Shown: positions 27,911-38,204 of the stretch, in pieces
Position numbering within the stretch: position 1 is the stretch's first letter
Layout: every line of letters starts with the position of its first letter
DNA from: an uncultured Spirochaetota bacterium
Lineage (GTDB): Bacteria; Spirochaetota; Spirochaetia; SZUA-6; Fen-1364
Assembly: GCA_963734545.1 (NCBI GenBank)
Contig: CAVTHO010000008.1
Location: 288,001 to 352,000, forward strand
DNA: 64,000 nucleotides
Direction of reading: 5' to 3'
Translations under genes and position numbers: made by a program
The notes under the pieces: model-generated
The model's database searches: none
Seen by the model: only the letters and a program-made list of their open reading frames with translations
What the model was told of the DNA's origin: nothing

Positions 27911-30055
27911 ATGCACCCCGCCCCCGCGTTGCTTCTCATGCTGTTCCTTGTCCTCGCGGCCTCGCCGGCTCCCGCTGAGGACTGGGTCTTCACCGCTTCT
28001 CCGCTGTACTCGCTTCCGATCGGCGCCCAGGAGGGCGTGTTCACGCCCCTCTCGCTCGGCGGCACTCTATCCGCCTCCCTGCCGTTCGCACTGTTCGGCC
28101 TCTCCTGGCTTACTCCCGAGGTCGGCCTGGGTTATGTGTACTCCGGCCTCAGCGTGACCTCCAGCTCGCTTTCCGCCCTGGAGATCCAGGCCGGGCTGAC
28201 TGGCCGTTTCCCCATGGCCGCCTGGGTCGATCTTCAGGCCCTGCTCGCCGCTCGCCTTGGCTACTACCTGCTCAGCGCGGACCCGCAGTCCACCAACGGG
28301 GCCTCCCCGGGGGTAGAGGCAGGGCTTGGCGCGGATTTCCATTTGACCCCGACGTTTTCCCTGGGGGTCGGCGCTCAGGGTGTCTATGACTTCGGCATGT
28401 ACTTCTTTGTCCGCCCCTATCTATCAGCCTCGCTCCGCATAGGGGGAGGCGCGGCGCAGGGAACCGCGGCGCCGAGGCAGGAGGCCCCCCCTGCCAAGCC
28501 CGCCCCGCTCACCGGAGAAAACGCGCAGAAACCGCAGCCTGCCGCAATGGAAGGTGACGCGGTGGAAGTTACGGTAGACGGCGTGTTCCCTGTTTTCTAC
28601 AAGTACTATGAGAATCATCCGTTCGGAACCGTCACGGTGTCGAATCGAGGGAAGAGCCGGTGGACCGATGTAAAGGTCACGTTCTCCGTCAAACAGTTCA
28701 TGGACCTCGAGACAACGCTGCCTGTTGTTGCTTCGATCGACCCGGGCAAGGCGGTCAAGCTCGATCTTGTCACGCTGTTCAACGACAGCATCCTTTCTGT
28801 CACCGAGGCCACGAAGATCACCGGGGAGCTTCTGGTCGAGTACAGGGAGAACGGCAAGACGGCGCAGCTGAACCGTTCCGTGTCGCTGCGCGTCTACGAT
28901 CGTAACGCCATGACCTGGGCCGACGATCGTCGTGCCGCGGCTTTCGTCACGGCAAAGGATCCGGCGATCCTCACGTTCGCCAAGAGCCTTGCCGGAGACG
29001 TGAGCGCAAGCAGGAATCCGGCCATAAGCGACAAGCTGCAGGTGGCGGCAGCCGTGCATGAGGCCCTGATCATCTATGGGGTCAACTATGTCCGCGATCC
29101 GACCGGCATCTTTTCCGGCGCCAAGGGCAAGGACGAGGTGGACTTCCTGCAGTTCCCCCGGCAGACACTCGAGTACCGCGCGGGCGATTGCGACGATCTC
29201 TCGATCCTGTACAGCGCCTTCTTCGAAGCGGTGGGCATCGAGTCGGCATTCGTCACGGTTCCCGGTCACATTTTCGTTGCGGTCTCCCTGGACATGACTC
29301 CCGAGGAGGCAAAGGGGCGCTTTGGCAGATTCGATGACCTGATTTCCCGCGAGGGGAAGACCTGGCTCCCCATCGAGATTACCATGCGCAAAGGCGGATT
29401 TCTCGCCGCATGGACCGAAGGCGCCAGGGAGTGGCGCGAGAGCTCGGCGCGCGGTCAGGCTGCATTCTCTCCCGTGCGCAGCGCGTGGGAGCTCTATGAG
29501 CCGGTGGCATTGCCCGGTTCCTCGAACATCCCTCCGCTGCAGAACGCAAAGGCTATTGATGCCATGAAGGCCGACGTCGAGAGTTTCGTCTCCTCCGAAA
29601 TCGCCGAACGCGTGGCAAGACTGCAGGCCGACAGCAGGAAGGCCCAGAGTGCGTCGAAGGCGATCAATGGGCTCGGCATCCTTTATGCGCAGTACGGTCT
29701 GTATGACAAGGCCGCTGCACAGTTCAAGAGCGTTCTGTCGAAAGTGGAATACGTCCCGTCTCTCGTGAATCTCGGCTACATCTACAAGGCCCGCGGGGAC
29801 AGCGAGGCTGCTCTCGCCTACTTCGATCGCGCCTTCAAGAAGGCGCCGACCAGCGTGCCCGTCCTGCTCGCTGAGGCGACAATCAATCACGAGATGGAGA
29901 ACTATGGTGCGGTAAGGAAATACTACCTGGAGCTCAAGAGGCGCGATCCCGCGCTTGCCGACCGCTATGCGTATCTGGACTTGCGAGGGAGCGAGGGTGC
30001 AAAGGCCGCCGATGCTGCGGGCCTCAGGAACATGATCGATTGGGTGGAGGAATAG
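27911..30055 (+). CDS. Exported protein with beta-barrel-like N-terminus, transglutaminase-like domain and TPRs
   Basis: Signal peptide, amphipathic beta strands, Pro/Ala linker, GDCDDLSILY, PGHIFVA, PIEIT, TPR-like NGLGILYAQYG and NLGYIY. Start uncertain. Confidence 0.75.
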   Translation: MHPAPALLLMLFLVLAASPAPAEDWVFTASPLYSLPIGAQEGVFTPLSLGGTLSASLPFALFGLSWLTPEVGLGYVYSGLSVTSSSLSALEIQAGLTGRFPMAAWVDLQALLAARLGYYLLSADPQSTNGASPGVEAGLGADFHLTPTFSLGVGAQGVYDFGMYFFVRPYLSASLRIGGGAAQGTAAPRQEAPPAKPAPLTGENAQKPQPAAMEGDAVEVTVDGVFPVFYKYYENHPFGTVTVSNRGKSRWTDVKVTFSVKQFMDLETTLPVVASIDPGKAVKLDLVTLFNDSILSVTEATKITGELLVEYRENGKTAQLNRSVSLRVYDRNAMTWADDRRAAAFVTAKDPAILTFAKSLAGDVSASRNPAISDKLQVAAAVHEALIIYGVNYVRDPTGIFSGAKGKDEVDFLQFPRQTLEYRAGDCDDLSILYSAFFEAVGIESAFVTVPGHIFVAVSLDMTPEEAKGRFGRFDDLISREGKTWLPIEITMRKGGFLAAWTEGAREWRESSARGQAAFSPVRSAWELYEPVALPGSSNIPPLQNAKAIDAMKADVESFVSSEIAERVARLQADSRKAQSASKAINGLGILYAQYGLYDKAAAQFKSVLSKVEYVPSLVNLGYIYKARGDSEAALAYFDRAFKKAPTSVPVLLAEATINHEMENYGAVRKYYLELKRRDPALADRYAYLDLRGSEGAKAADAAGLRNMIDWVEE

Positions 30056-30057
30056 TG

Positions 30058-30516
30058 ATGAAAGCAATCAGGGAAAGGAGCAGGATTCTATTCCTTGCAC
30101 TGGGGCTCGCGCTTGCCGTTTTCTTGATGGCCGGGTGCGCCAACCCGGTGGCCGATGTGCTGAATGCGGACGAATGGGGCCTGGTCGGCACGTGGGTCGC
30201 GACCAGCGGCTTCGCGGCTCCAAGCCCGAACAATTCGGCCAAGCTCATATTGAATGCCGACGGGACATTCAAGGCCGCGGACCAGAGCGGAACTATGTTC
30301 ACCACAGGGCAGTATACAATTGCGGGCGTTTCGATTAAGAAAGACACCCGGACCTATCAATTAGACTTTGTGATGAGCCCTGCGATGACCCATACCTACC
30401 AGCTGGCAAGGATCACTGACGCGACAACTTATGAGCTCAACGCCGCACCGCTCCCGCCGTACCCTTCATCGATCAATACGAGTGACCCAAATTACTTCAA
30501 GTACACGCGCAAGTGA
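30058..30516 (+). CDS. Putative lipoprotein
   Basis: MKAIRERSRILFLALGLALAVFLMAG-C lipobox, followed by LVGTW. Confidence 0.8.
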   Translation: MKAIRERSRILFLALGLALAVFLMAGCANPVADVLNADEWGLVGTWVATSGFAAPSPNNSAKLILNADGTFKAADQSGTMFTTGQYTIAGVSIKKDTRTYQLDFVMSPAMTHTYQLARITDATTYELNAAPLPPYPSSINTSDPNYFKYTRK

Positions 30517-30642
30517 TCGAACGCACTTGCTCGAGCGCCAGGGCATGCACGTGCTCTTCCGTGCTGCCCCGCTCGAGCAGCAATAGCCGCAGCCCTGGCG
30601 CCGCGTTGGCGCCCGCCCAGCGCCGATCCGGCGCGCGGAACC

Positions 30643-32769
30643 CTAGCGATCGAGGATCTCGCGCACCCGGGCGGCGAGGGCTTGGCCGGTAAAGGGCTTT
30701 GTAAGCAGTTCCATCTCGCCGCCCTTCATGATGTGACTGCTGATCACGTCCCGCTGGTATCCCGACATGAACAGCACCTTCACGCCCGGCATCGTTTCAC
30801 GCAGCCGTTCCAGCAGCTCCGTCCCATTCATGCGCGGCATGACCACGTCCGTGACGAGTATATGGATGACGCCGGCGTGCTCGGCTGAAAGATGCAGGGC
30901 AAGGACGCCATCAGCGGCCTCCAGCACCGTGTAGCCGAGGGCGCGAAGGTGGCGCGAGAGCAGGGAACGGATCGCCGCCTCGTCCTCCACGAGAAGGATG
31001 GTCTCACTCCCCCCGGCAGGTTGTTCCGGCTGGGAGGTGAGCGCATCGCGCCCCAGGTCCATGCCGCGGGGAAGGTGAATCATGAACCGTGTTCCCGCGC
31101 CGGGCCGGCTGTCGACTTCGATGCTTCCGTTGTGCTGCTTCACGATGCTGTAGACGGTGGAGAGCCCCAGGCCGGTGCCCTTGTCCGGTTCCTTCGTCGT
31201 GAAAAACGGGTCGAAGATCTTCCCCACCGTTTCCGCGTCCATGCCGGCTCCCGTGTCGCTGACGGTGAGCAGGATATAGCGGCCGGGCGGGAGATCCTTC
31301 TGGCGCCTCGCGAATGCGCCGCTCAGGAGCACCTCGGTCGTGGCAACGGTAAGCCGCCCTTCTCGGGGTATCGCGTCCTGCGCGTTGAGCGCGAGATTCA
31401 GCAGCACCTCTTCCATCCGTCCGGAGTCGGCAGTGACCGGGCAGGGGGAGGCGAAGAGCTGATAGTCGATGGTGATGTTCTCCCGAAGCGCATGGCGCAG
31501 CATCGAGCTGCTGTCCCGCACGACCTTGTTGAGGTCCAGGGGCTTCAGCTCGAACGCCTGCCTCCTGCCCAGGGCAAGGAGCTGGCTGATGAGGTCACGC
31601 GAGCGGTAGCCGGCCTTCGTGATCTCGCGCACCGAGGACGCGGAGTCGAGGTCCTCCGGCAGAGTCTCCCGCAGCAGCTCCGCATGACCGATGATGACAG
31701 TGAGAAGGTTGTTGAAATTGTGGGCCAGACCGCCGGCGAGGATCCCCAGGCTTTCCAGCCTCTGCGAGGAGGCGATGCGGCGCTCGAGGTCCAGCCTCTC
31801 CGCCTCGGCGCGCTTGCGCTCCGTGATGTCGACGAGGGATCCCTCCAGGATCCCCGGCCCGGCGAACAGCTTCAGCGATTGCAGACAGCTGCGCACCTCT
31901 CCCCGCGCGTTCAGAAGCCGGCATTCGTAGTTCGTCACCCCGCCATCGCGGGCCAGCATGCCTTGCATCTCCTCGCGCTCGCGCGGATCCGCCCAGAGGC
32001 TCGCGGACTGACTGCCGATCACCTCCTCGCGTGTCCGCCCGGTGAGCTCCAGGAACTTGCGGTTGACGTCGATCACTTCCCATCCGTCCAGCCGCATACG
32101 GAACATGCCCACTTCCGCGTTCTCGAACAGGTCGTGGAATTTCTTCTCACTCTCCCGCAGCGCATCCTCCGCGCGTTTCAGCTCGGTCCGGCCCCGATGG
32201 TCCTTCACGCTCAGTGTTTCCTGGTACAGGCCGAAGATCGACACCACGATGGCCATTGCAGCGGGATTGCTGATCAGCCATACGCGCTCCGTCTGCGTCA
32301 GGACCTCCCCTGCGGCCGCGACAGAGATGCTCATTGCAGCCAGAGGCGGGACAATGATGGCAAAGAGGTACTTGCGTGCCCCTCCGGCGAACACGAAATC
32401 GGCGAAGATGCAGACCAGGAGGGAGGAGATCAACGCGGTCTTCCCGAACTGGGGGAACTCCGGCCGGGTCGCCAGCTCGGCGCTGATCCCGCACATCATG
32501 ATGATCAGGCCGGAGAGCTGCACGATGTGCAAAGGGACCGCCAGATGCGGGTGCCGGGGGAACGCGAAGAGGGCATAGGGAAGGAAGAAGAAAGCAGGAA
32601 CGAGCGCCCCGATCCTCCAGCCGATGATTCCATGAAGAGAGGGTGTCACGTGGTCGATATACATGAAGACGAGCACCAGCGGCACGAGCAGCAGGCTCAT
32701 GACCAGGCCGATATTCCGGGTTTTCGTGCTCGTTTCAAATGAGTAGGAAGAGTCGCTTTCCATGTCCAT
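30643..32769 (-). CDS. Membrane hybrid sensor histidine kinase (TM-PAS-HisKA-HATPase-REC)
   Basis: LAHNFNNLL, LNLALNAQDA, FDPFFTTK, GTGLGLS, LLVEDE, VTDVVMP. Confidence 0.95.
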   Translation of the reverse strand: MDMESDSSYSFETSTKTRNIGLVMSLLLVPLVLVFMYIDHVTPSLHGIIGWRIGALVPAFFFLPYALFAFPRHPHLAVPLHIVQLSGLIIMMCGISAELATRPEFPQFGKTALISSLLVCIFADFVFAGGARKYLFAIIVPPLAAMSISVAAAGEVLTQTERVWLISNPAAMAIVVSIFGLYQETLSVKDHRGRTELKRAEDALRESEKKFHDLFENAEVGMFRMRLDGWEVIDVNRKFLELTGRTREEVIGSQSASLWADPREREEMQGMLARDGGVTNYECRLLNARGEVRSCLQSLKLFAGPGILEGSLVDITERKRAEAERLDLERRIASSQRLESLGILAGGLAHNFNNLLTVIIGHAELLRETLPEDLDSASSVREITKAGYRSRDLISQLLALGRRQAFELKPLDLNKVVRDSSSMLRHALRENITIDYQLFASPCPVTADSGRMEEVLLNLALNAQDAIPREGRLTVATTEVLLSGAFARRQKDLPPGRYILLTVSDTGAGMDAETVGKIFDPFFTTKEPDKGTGLGLSTVYSIVKQHNGSIEVDSRPGAGTRFMIHLPRGMDLGRDALTSQPEQPAGGSETILLVEDEAAIRSLLSRHLRALGYTVLEAADGVLALHLSAEHAGVIHILVTDVVMPRMNGTELLERLRETMPGVKVLFMSGYQRDVISSHIMKGGEMELLTKPFTGQALAARVREILDR

Positions 32770-32886
32770 CCCTTTTTGGTCCGCCTCGGCTGCTTATTAC
32801 GGGTAGAGTGAAGCAGATGAATATATCATAGCGCGCATAATGTGCCGAGCGGGTTGGTTGGCCTGACGGGGTCGGGCCGCTCTTTG

Positions 32887-33810
32887 CTATCCCGAGTTCC
32901 GTGTCCCCCGCATCAATCGGTGGATGAGCTGATAGCGGGTCTTGATTCCCATCTTCTCGAACACGTTGTGAAGGTGCTTCTTCACCGTGGGCACGGAAAT
33001 GAAAAGCTTCTCCCCGATCGCCAGGTTGCTTGCCCCGGACGCGACGAGCTCCATGACCTCGATCTCGCGGTCCGAGAGGCCGTATTGGCCCCGCCTCAGA
33101 GGCGCGATGTCCGGCACGTTGCCCGCCGGGGCCGCCGCGGCCTGGCCGTAGTATCGAAGGAAATACCGGGCGAAGCAGACTCCCTGAAAGCAGTAGAAAA
33201 GCGGAAAGGTGACGAGCTGCACGGGCACGGGCCCCGCGACCGGCAGGAGATACTGCTCGAAGAAGAGGGGAAGGAATATGAGGGGCGTGAACACGGAAAG
33301 GCCCACGATCATGATGCGCGCAAAACCTCTCTCCCTGATCTCTGCGTTCTTCAGGGAGACGATGCTGACGACGAGGGAATACACGCTTGCCGCCGCCAGG
33401 AGAATATACGCGGGTCCGTTCGACTGGCCTTCCGGGAAGGCATTGAAAATGAGAAGGCCGAGCGCCAGCGAATAGAAGATCCACTCCACGAACACGAGCC
33501 GCCGGGAAGAATACAACCGGTCCATGAGAGAGACGATGGTGCAGGAGAAGAAAAGGGTCGTCCAGATATCGATCCTCTCCACCGTGCGGGCGAGCGCAGG
33601 ATCCGCCAGATTCACGACGATGTAGACGTTGAGGCCCGACAAGACGACCTTGAGCGTGAATGCGAGGTAGAACACCGCGTACGTCAAAATGAGCCTCGCG
33701 CGGGTCCGGAAATACACGATCGAGATGACGATCAACGCTGCGAAACCGACGGTGTAAATGAGAAGAAAGTAGAGAAACAGGACATGAGGCACGAGCGGTA
33801 CCTGCTCCAT
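32887..33810 (-). CDS. Membrane-anchored LuxR-family regulator
   Basis: About 7 TM segments followed by LSDREIEVMELVASGASNLAIGEKLFISVPTVKKHLHNVFEK. Confidence 0.9.
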   Translation of the reverse strand: MEQVPLVPHVLFLYFLLIYTVGFAALIVISIVYFRTRARLILTYAVFYLAFTLKVVLSGLNVYIVVNLADPALARTVERIDIWTTLFFSCTIVSLMDRLYSSRRLVFVEWIFYSLALGLLIFNAFPEGQSNGPAYILLAAASVYSLVVSIVSLKNAEIRERGFARIMIVGLSVFTPLIFLPLFFEQYLLPVAGPVPVQLVTFPLFYCFQGVCFARYFLRYYGQAAAAPAGNVPDIAPLRRGQYGLSDREIEVMELVASGASNLAIGEKLFISVPTVKKHLHNVFEKMGIKTRYQLIHRLMRGTRNSG

Positions 33811-33816
33811 CCGAAG

Positions 33817-33832
33817 TATACCCGGAAGTATA
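33817..33832. promoter_or_regulatory. Possible LuxR-family operator
   Basis: TATAC-CCGGAA-GTATA palindrome (also GAAGTATACC x2) between the LuxR gene and its divergent neighbour. Confidence 0.45.
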
Positions 33833-33930
33833 CCTAGGTAGTCTTGTGATCCGGTGCGGGATTGGCAATGTTTATACCACGAAAATCGGCGCGGATCAAT
33901 GACGCGCACGCCAGCCGGGGAGGAGATCGT

Positions 33931-34920
33931 GTGAAGAAATATGCGCTCATGGTCAGCAGTCTCGTCCTGTTCTATTCCATTGCCGTCGGATTCTGGCTCC
34001 TCTTTGATCAGATCTTCTATCTCTACAACTTCGCGATCATCGGCACTTCCATCGGGGTCAGCCTGGGCCTCTGGCCGATCCTGCCGAAGAACAGGAAGCA
34101 CATCGCACGAAAACTCTGCCAGGTCCTCGTGGGCGGGTACATGTTCATCGGGCTCGGCCTGGGATTCGTCTACCTCGGATTCGGCGTCATTCGGCCTGAA
34201 AACATGCAGATCGAGGGGTTCTGGTTTCTCCTCCTGGGCGGAATGTTCGCGGCTTCAGTCATGCACTACACAATCGCCAAAATCGCAGGGCCATTCCTCT
34301 CCGGCAGGACCTGGTGCGGCTGGGCCTGCTGGACGGCGGGTATCCTGGATATCCTCCCGTGGCAGAGAAGCCCGGGCAGGCTGCACTCCCGCTGGGGATT
34401 CGTTCGATACGTCATCTTTCTCCTCAGCGCCGGGCTCGTATTCCTTCTTGTCTACGCGGGCCAGTACACCGCTCGCTCCACCGCGGGGATCGTGGACCTG
34501 ACAGGAATGAACCATCGCGAGTTCGTCTACAGGAACCTCTTCTTCATCCCCGAGTTCTGGTGGTTTGCGGCAGGCAACCTCGTCTACTATCTCGCAGGCC
34601 TTGTCTCGGCTGCCGTCCTCAAGGACAATCGCGCATTCTGCAAATACGTCTGCCCGATCACCGCGTTCCTCAAGGTGGGCACCCGTTTCGCCCTCCTGCG
34701 GATCGGGGCGAAGGAGGGGTGCACCGGGTGCGGAAAATGCGATTCACTCTGTCCCATGGATGTAAGGATCAGCGAGTACGTCATGAAGGGCACACGGGTC
34801 ACGTCCACAGAATGCATCCTCTGCATGACGTGCGTGAACACCTGTCCGCGCAACGTCCTCGCGCCGTCATTCCGGTTGGACATGGCAACGAGGGAGCGTC
34901 TCAGGAAAATCAGTGAGTGA
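33931..34920 (+). CDS. Membrane 4Fe-4S binding protein (NapH/MauN-like)
   Basis: GRTWCGWAC, RAFCKYVCP, CTGCGKCDSLCP, CILCMTCVNTCP. GTG start after GGAGGAG. Confidence 0.9.
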   Translation: MKKYALMVSSLVLFYSIAVGFWLLFDQIFYLYNFAIIGTSIGVSLGLWPILPKNRKHIARKLCQVLVGGYMFIGLGLGFVYLGFGVIRPENMQIEGFWFLLLGGMFAASVMHYTIAKIAGPFLSGRTWCGWACWTAGILDILPWQRSPGRLHSRWGFVRYVIFLLSAGLVFLLVYAGQYTARSTAGIVDLTGMNHREFVYRNLFFIPEFWWFAAGNLVYYLAGLVSAAVLKDNRAFCKYVCPITAFLKVGTRFALLRIGAKEGCTGCGKCDSLCPMDVRISEYVMKGTRVTSTECILCMTCVNTCPRNVLAPSFRLDMATRERLRKISE

Positions 34921-34938
34921 TGCGCGTTCCCCTCACCT

Positions 34939-35427
34939 TCAGAACGACCCCTTCCGCAGATCGATGCCGTATTGAAGGTATGCCTTCAGGCAGCAGCTCA
35001 TGTGCATCCAGCCCGAACAGTTCTGATAGGACCCCTGCAGACCGCCCTCCGTGGACCGCCACCCGCTTTCGGTGATCTTGACGAGCGTTTCGTTGTCATT
35101 GAGGGCGTCAAAGGCTATTTCCACGGTATTGTCGTACCCGGCGGGCCGGGGCACCGTGCCGGCCTGTGCGTCGTATACGCCTTCGCTCGCTTCCCAGGCG
35201 AACCTGATCAGCTTGTTCTGCACGGTTTTCTGCACTTTCACCGGCACGGTGATCGTCCGGCCGGCAACCTCACCGAAAGTCCAGTGAACCGTCGTGCCCT
35301 CCACCAGGGCCCCGCTGGACCCGGCATTGGTAAAGTACGCGCTGAGCGTGCGGGGATTGTACACCGCGTCGAACACCTCGTTCACGGGCTTCTGGATTTT
35401 CGTCTGGACGGAGAATTTCAGTTCCAT
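34939..35427 (-). CDS. SRPBCC/AHSA1 domain protein
   Basis: PVNEVFDAV, TLVKITESGW, GWMHMSCCLKAYL. GAGGAGG ribosome-binding site. Confidence 0.88.
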   Translation of the reverse strand: MELKFSVQTKIQKPVNEVFDAVYNPRTLSAYFTNAGSSGALVEGTTVHWTFGEVAGRTITVPVKVQKTVQNKLIRFAWEASEGVYDAQAGTVPRPAGYDNTVEIAFDALNDNETLVKITESGWRSTEGGLQGSYQNCSGWMHMSCCLKAYLQYGIDLRKGSF

Positions 35428-35456
35428 TCGCGCTTCCTCCTCTTGACCTCTCAACG

Positions 35457-35753
35457 GCGGACCCGCGAAGGCGGGAAATGCTCGATCTGCTGAAGACGAA
35501 GGCCCGTACGACCGGCCAGCTCTGTGCGCACTTCCAGACGCTGGACCGCTGCACGGTGATGCAGCATCTCGGCGTGCTCGAAAGGGCGGATCTCGTCATC
35601 GCGCAGCGTGCCGGTCGTGTGCGCTGGAACTACCTCAATCCTCTTCCCCTCCAGGAGGTGCACGACCGCTGGATCAGCCGCCATGCGGTCCCTGCCGTCG
35701 ACCTGCTTGCCAGGATGAAACAGGGCATCGAAGGACAGGGATCCCCGGACTGA
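35457..35753 (+). pseudogene. ArsR/SmtB regulator, apparently 5'-truncated
   Basis: ADPRRREMLDLLK...TVMQHLGVLERADL...GRVRWNYLN. Family similarity extends upstream of the ATG at 35478, but there is no in-frame start or RBS before the neighbouring gene. Confidence 0.7.
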
Positions 35754-35859
35754 TGGGGCGGCCGCGACTGTGAAGGAGTACTACAGCCTTTCCTGGCAGG
35801 AGCGACCGAGATGAACGCGCCGGCGCGGGATCTCTGAGCGCGGATCGACGCCTGCCGCT

Positions 35860-36558
35860 CTACGTGTCCCCCACCAGGAAGCGTACGCCAGCCTCCACGT
35901 GCGCATCCATGCTGTCGATGCGGGGGACGGTCAGATCCTCCTGCTGGACGATCAGGGGAAGCTCGGTGCATCCCAGGATGATCCCCTGTGCGCCGCGCGC
36001 CGCCAGCCGACGTGCTTCTTCACGCACAAATGCGCGGGAGGCATCCAGGAACTTTCCCTCGCACAGCTCCGTGAAGATGATGGCGTTGATCTTCGCCCGC
36101 TCTTCCTCCGCGGGAATGAGGGACTCGATTCCGAACCTTTCGCTCAGTCTCTTGCGATAGAAGTCCTTCTCCATGGAATATCGGGTACCCAGAAGGCCCA
36201 CCGTACCCAGGGAAAGCGAGCCGATCCTTACCCCCACTGCGTCCGCAATGTGCAGGAGCGGCAGGCAGGCGGCGTCCTCGATTTCATCCGCGAACACATG
36301 CATGGTATTGGAGGCGACAAGGATTGCATCTGCCCCTGCCGCCGCCAGGCGCTTCGCCTCGGTCACAAGGACAGTCTTCACCGCCGCCCAGTCTCCGTCC
36401 GCCATGGAGTCAGACAGCCCCTGGAAATCGATGGAGCTCACCACGAGACGCGCAGAGTGCAGCCCGCCCAATTCCCTGCGGATCCCTTCGTTGAGGAGCC
36501 GGTAGTACTCGAGCGTGGAGACCCAGCTCATGCCACCCAGGATGCCCAGTGTTCTCAT
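35860..36558 (-). CDS. Aspartate/glutamate racemase family protein (YgeA-like)
   Basis: GILGGMSWVST, ASNTMH, GLLGT, ILGCTELP. Confidence 0.92.
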   Translation of the reverse strand: MRTLGILGGMSWVSTLEYYRLLNEGIRRELGGLHSARLVVSSIDFQGLSDSMADGDWAAVKTVLVTEAKRLAAAGADAILVASNTMHVFADEIEDAACLPLLHIADAVGVRIGSLSLGTVGLLGTRYSMEKDFYRKRLSERFGIESLIPAEEERAKINAIIFTELCEGKFLDASRAFVREEARRLAARGAQGIILGCTELPLIVQQEDLTVPRIDSMDAHVEAGVRFLVGDT

Positions 36559-36589
36559 ACCGTTTCCGCCTTCCGCAAAGCTTCCTCGC

Positions 36590-37375
36590 TCAGTCCACCT
36601 GCGCACCGGCAGTCACGTTGGCCACCGTTGCGGTCATAGCCCGGGCAAAGTCGGAAGCCAGCAGGACCACTGCATCCGCGACCTCGGCGAGGCTGGAAAG
36701 ATGCCGGAGGGGCGTCCCTGAACCGGCTCTGCGTTCGAACTCCTCGAGCGTGATCCCCTGCGCCGCCGCATGGATTTGGAACACTTCCCTCAGGCCGGGC
36801 GAGTCGGGCGAGCCCGGTGAGCGCACACAGCATGCCCGCACGCCGAACGGTCCGTTTTCCACCGCGAGATGACGGATGAAGTGCTCGATTGCCCCTGAGG
36901 CCACGCCGAATCCGCCCACGTTGCCGTACGCCTCCCGGGCCGCGTTTGCCGATATTCCGATGATGACCCCGCCCCCGTTTGCCGCCATGTGGCGCGCGAC
37001 GGCTGTCCCTGTGGTGAACCAGGTCTGCATGGCCTTGAGTATCGGCTCGATGAAGCGCGTGCGGTCGAGCTCCGTGAGCGGTATGCCCTGGGTGTCTTCA
37101 AGACCGACGGAATTGAACATGATCTTCACCGGCCCTGCACTCGCGACGATGCGTTCCAGGTGCGCGGCGACGGCTGCTTCGTCCACGGCATCTACGGGGG
37201 CGACATGCGATATGCCGCCTGAGCTGCTGATGGCCGCAGCCACCCTTTCAAGCGGCTCGCGCGTTCGGCCTGAGAGAAACACCCGGGCGCCCTGCCCGGC
37301 AAGCGCCTTTGCCACGGCGCCGCCAACGGCGCCTCCCGCGCCATACACGATGGCATTCCTGTCCTTCAGCAGCAT
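36590..37375 (-). CDS. Atypical SDR oxidoreductase
   Basis: AIVYGAGGAVG Rossmann motif, no canonical YxxxK. Confidence 0.85.
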   Translation of the reverse strand: MLLKDRNAIVYGAGGAVGGAVAKALAGQGARVFLSGRTREPLERVAAAISSSGGISHVAPVDAVDEAAVAAHLERIVASAGPVKIMFNSVGLEDTQGIPLTELDRTRFIEPILKAMQTWFTTGTAVARHMAANGGGVIIGISANAAREAYGNVGGFGVASGAIEHFIRHLAVENGPFGVRACCVRSPGSPDSPGLREVFQIHAAAQGITLEEFERRAGSGTPLRHLSSLAEVADAVVLLASDFARAMTATVANVTAGAQVD

Positions 37376-37454
37376 CTCATACCTCTCCTCGGTCAGAATG
37401 GCGTCCCTAATATAACGGCACGGGAACGATGAGTGAGAGTGCGGCTGCGACAAT

Positions 37455-38051
37455 TCAAGGGGCTGACCGCGCCAACCGCAGCTCGAGAAGTTTTTTCACA
37501 TCGGGCCATTCGCTCGCCAGGATGCTATACATGACGGTGTCACGCACCGACCCGTCCCGGCGTGCCCTATGGTGGCGAATGACGCCGTCTTTCCTGGCGC
37601 CCAGGCCCTCGATTGCCCGCTGCGAGGTACGATTGTAGAAGTCGGTGCGCAAGCCGACCACCTTGCACCCGAGGCCTTCGAACGCATGACCGAGCAGCAG
37701 CCGCTTACAGCCCGTGTTGACATGGGTGCGCTGCCAGCTCTTTGCGTACCAGGTGTAGCCGATCTCGACGCGATCGATCGAGGCGACGATGTCGTGGTAG
37801 CGTGTGCTGCCGACTATCGCGCCGGTCGAGAGTTCCCGCACCGCCCACGGCAGCATGTGGCCGGCCTCCTGCCCCGCAAGCGCCTCCGCAATGTAGGCGT
37901 GTGTCTGCCCGGGCTCCGGTACTACGGTGAACCACAACTCCCAGAGCATGCCGTCCGCCGCAGCGGCAGCCAGCCCGTCATGATGCGTGTGAGAGAGGGG
38001 TTCCAGCCGGACGCCGTGCCCTTCGAGCGTCAGAGGCTGAATCTGGATCAT
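37455..38051 (-). CDS. RimJ/RimL-type GNAT
   Basis: VRLEPL, VEIGYTW, QRTHVN, SQRAIEGLGA, RDTVMYSIL. Confidence 0.92.
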   Translation of the reverse strand: MIQIQPLTLEGHGVRLEPLSHTHHDGLAAAAADGMLWELWFTVVPEPGQTHAYIAEALAGQEAGHMLPWAVRELSTGAIVGSTRYHDIVASIDRVEIGYTWYAKSWQRTHVNTGCKRLLLGHAFEGLGCKVVGLRTDFYNRTSQRAIEGLGARKDGVIRHHRARRDGSVRDTVMYSILASEWPDVKKLLELRLARSAP

Positions 38052-38204
38052 ACTTGTTGTAGAAAATGGGCAGGATGCGGGCAAAGGTCAAGCATGGATT
38101 TCCACGAAAGGACTGGCGTCTTACGCGAAGCTCGGTGATGTGGTAGCGTTCGTCTTGAGAGGTTGGTGGCATCCATTCATGTTGCTCAAGAAAAGGAGCA
38201 TTCT

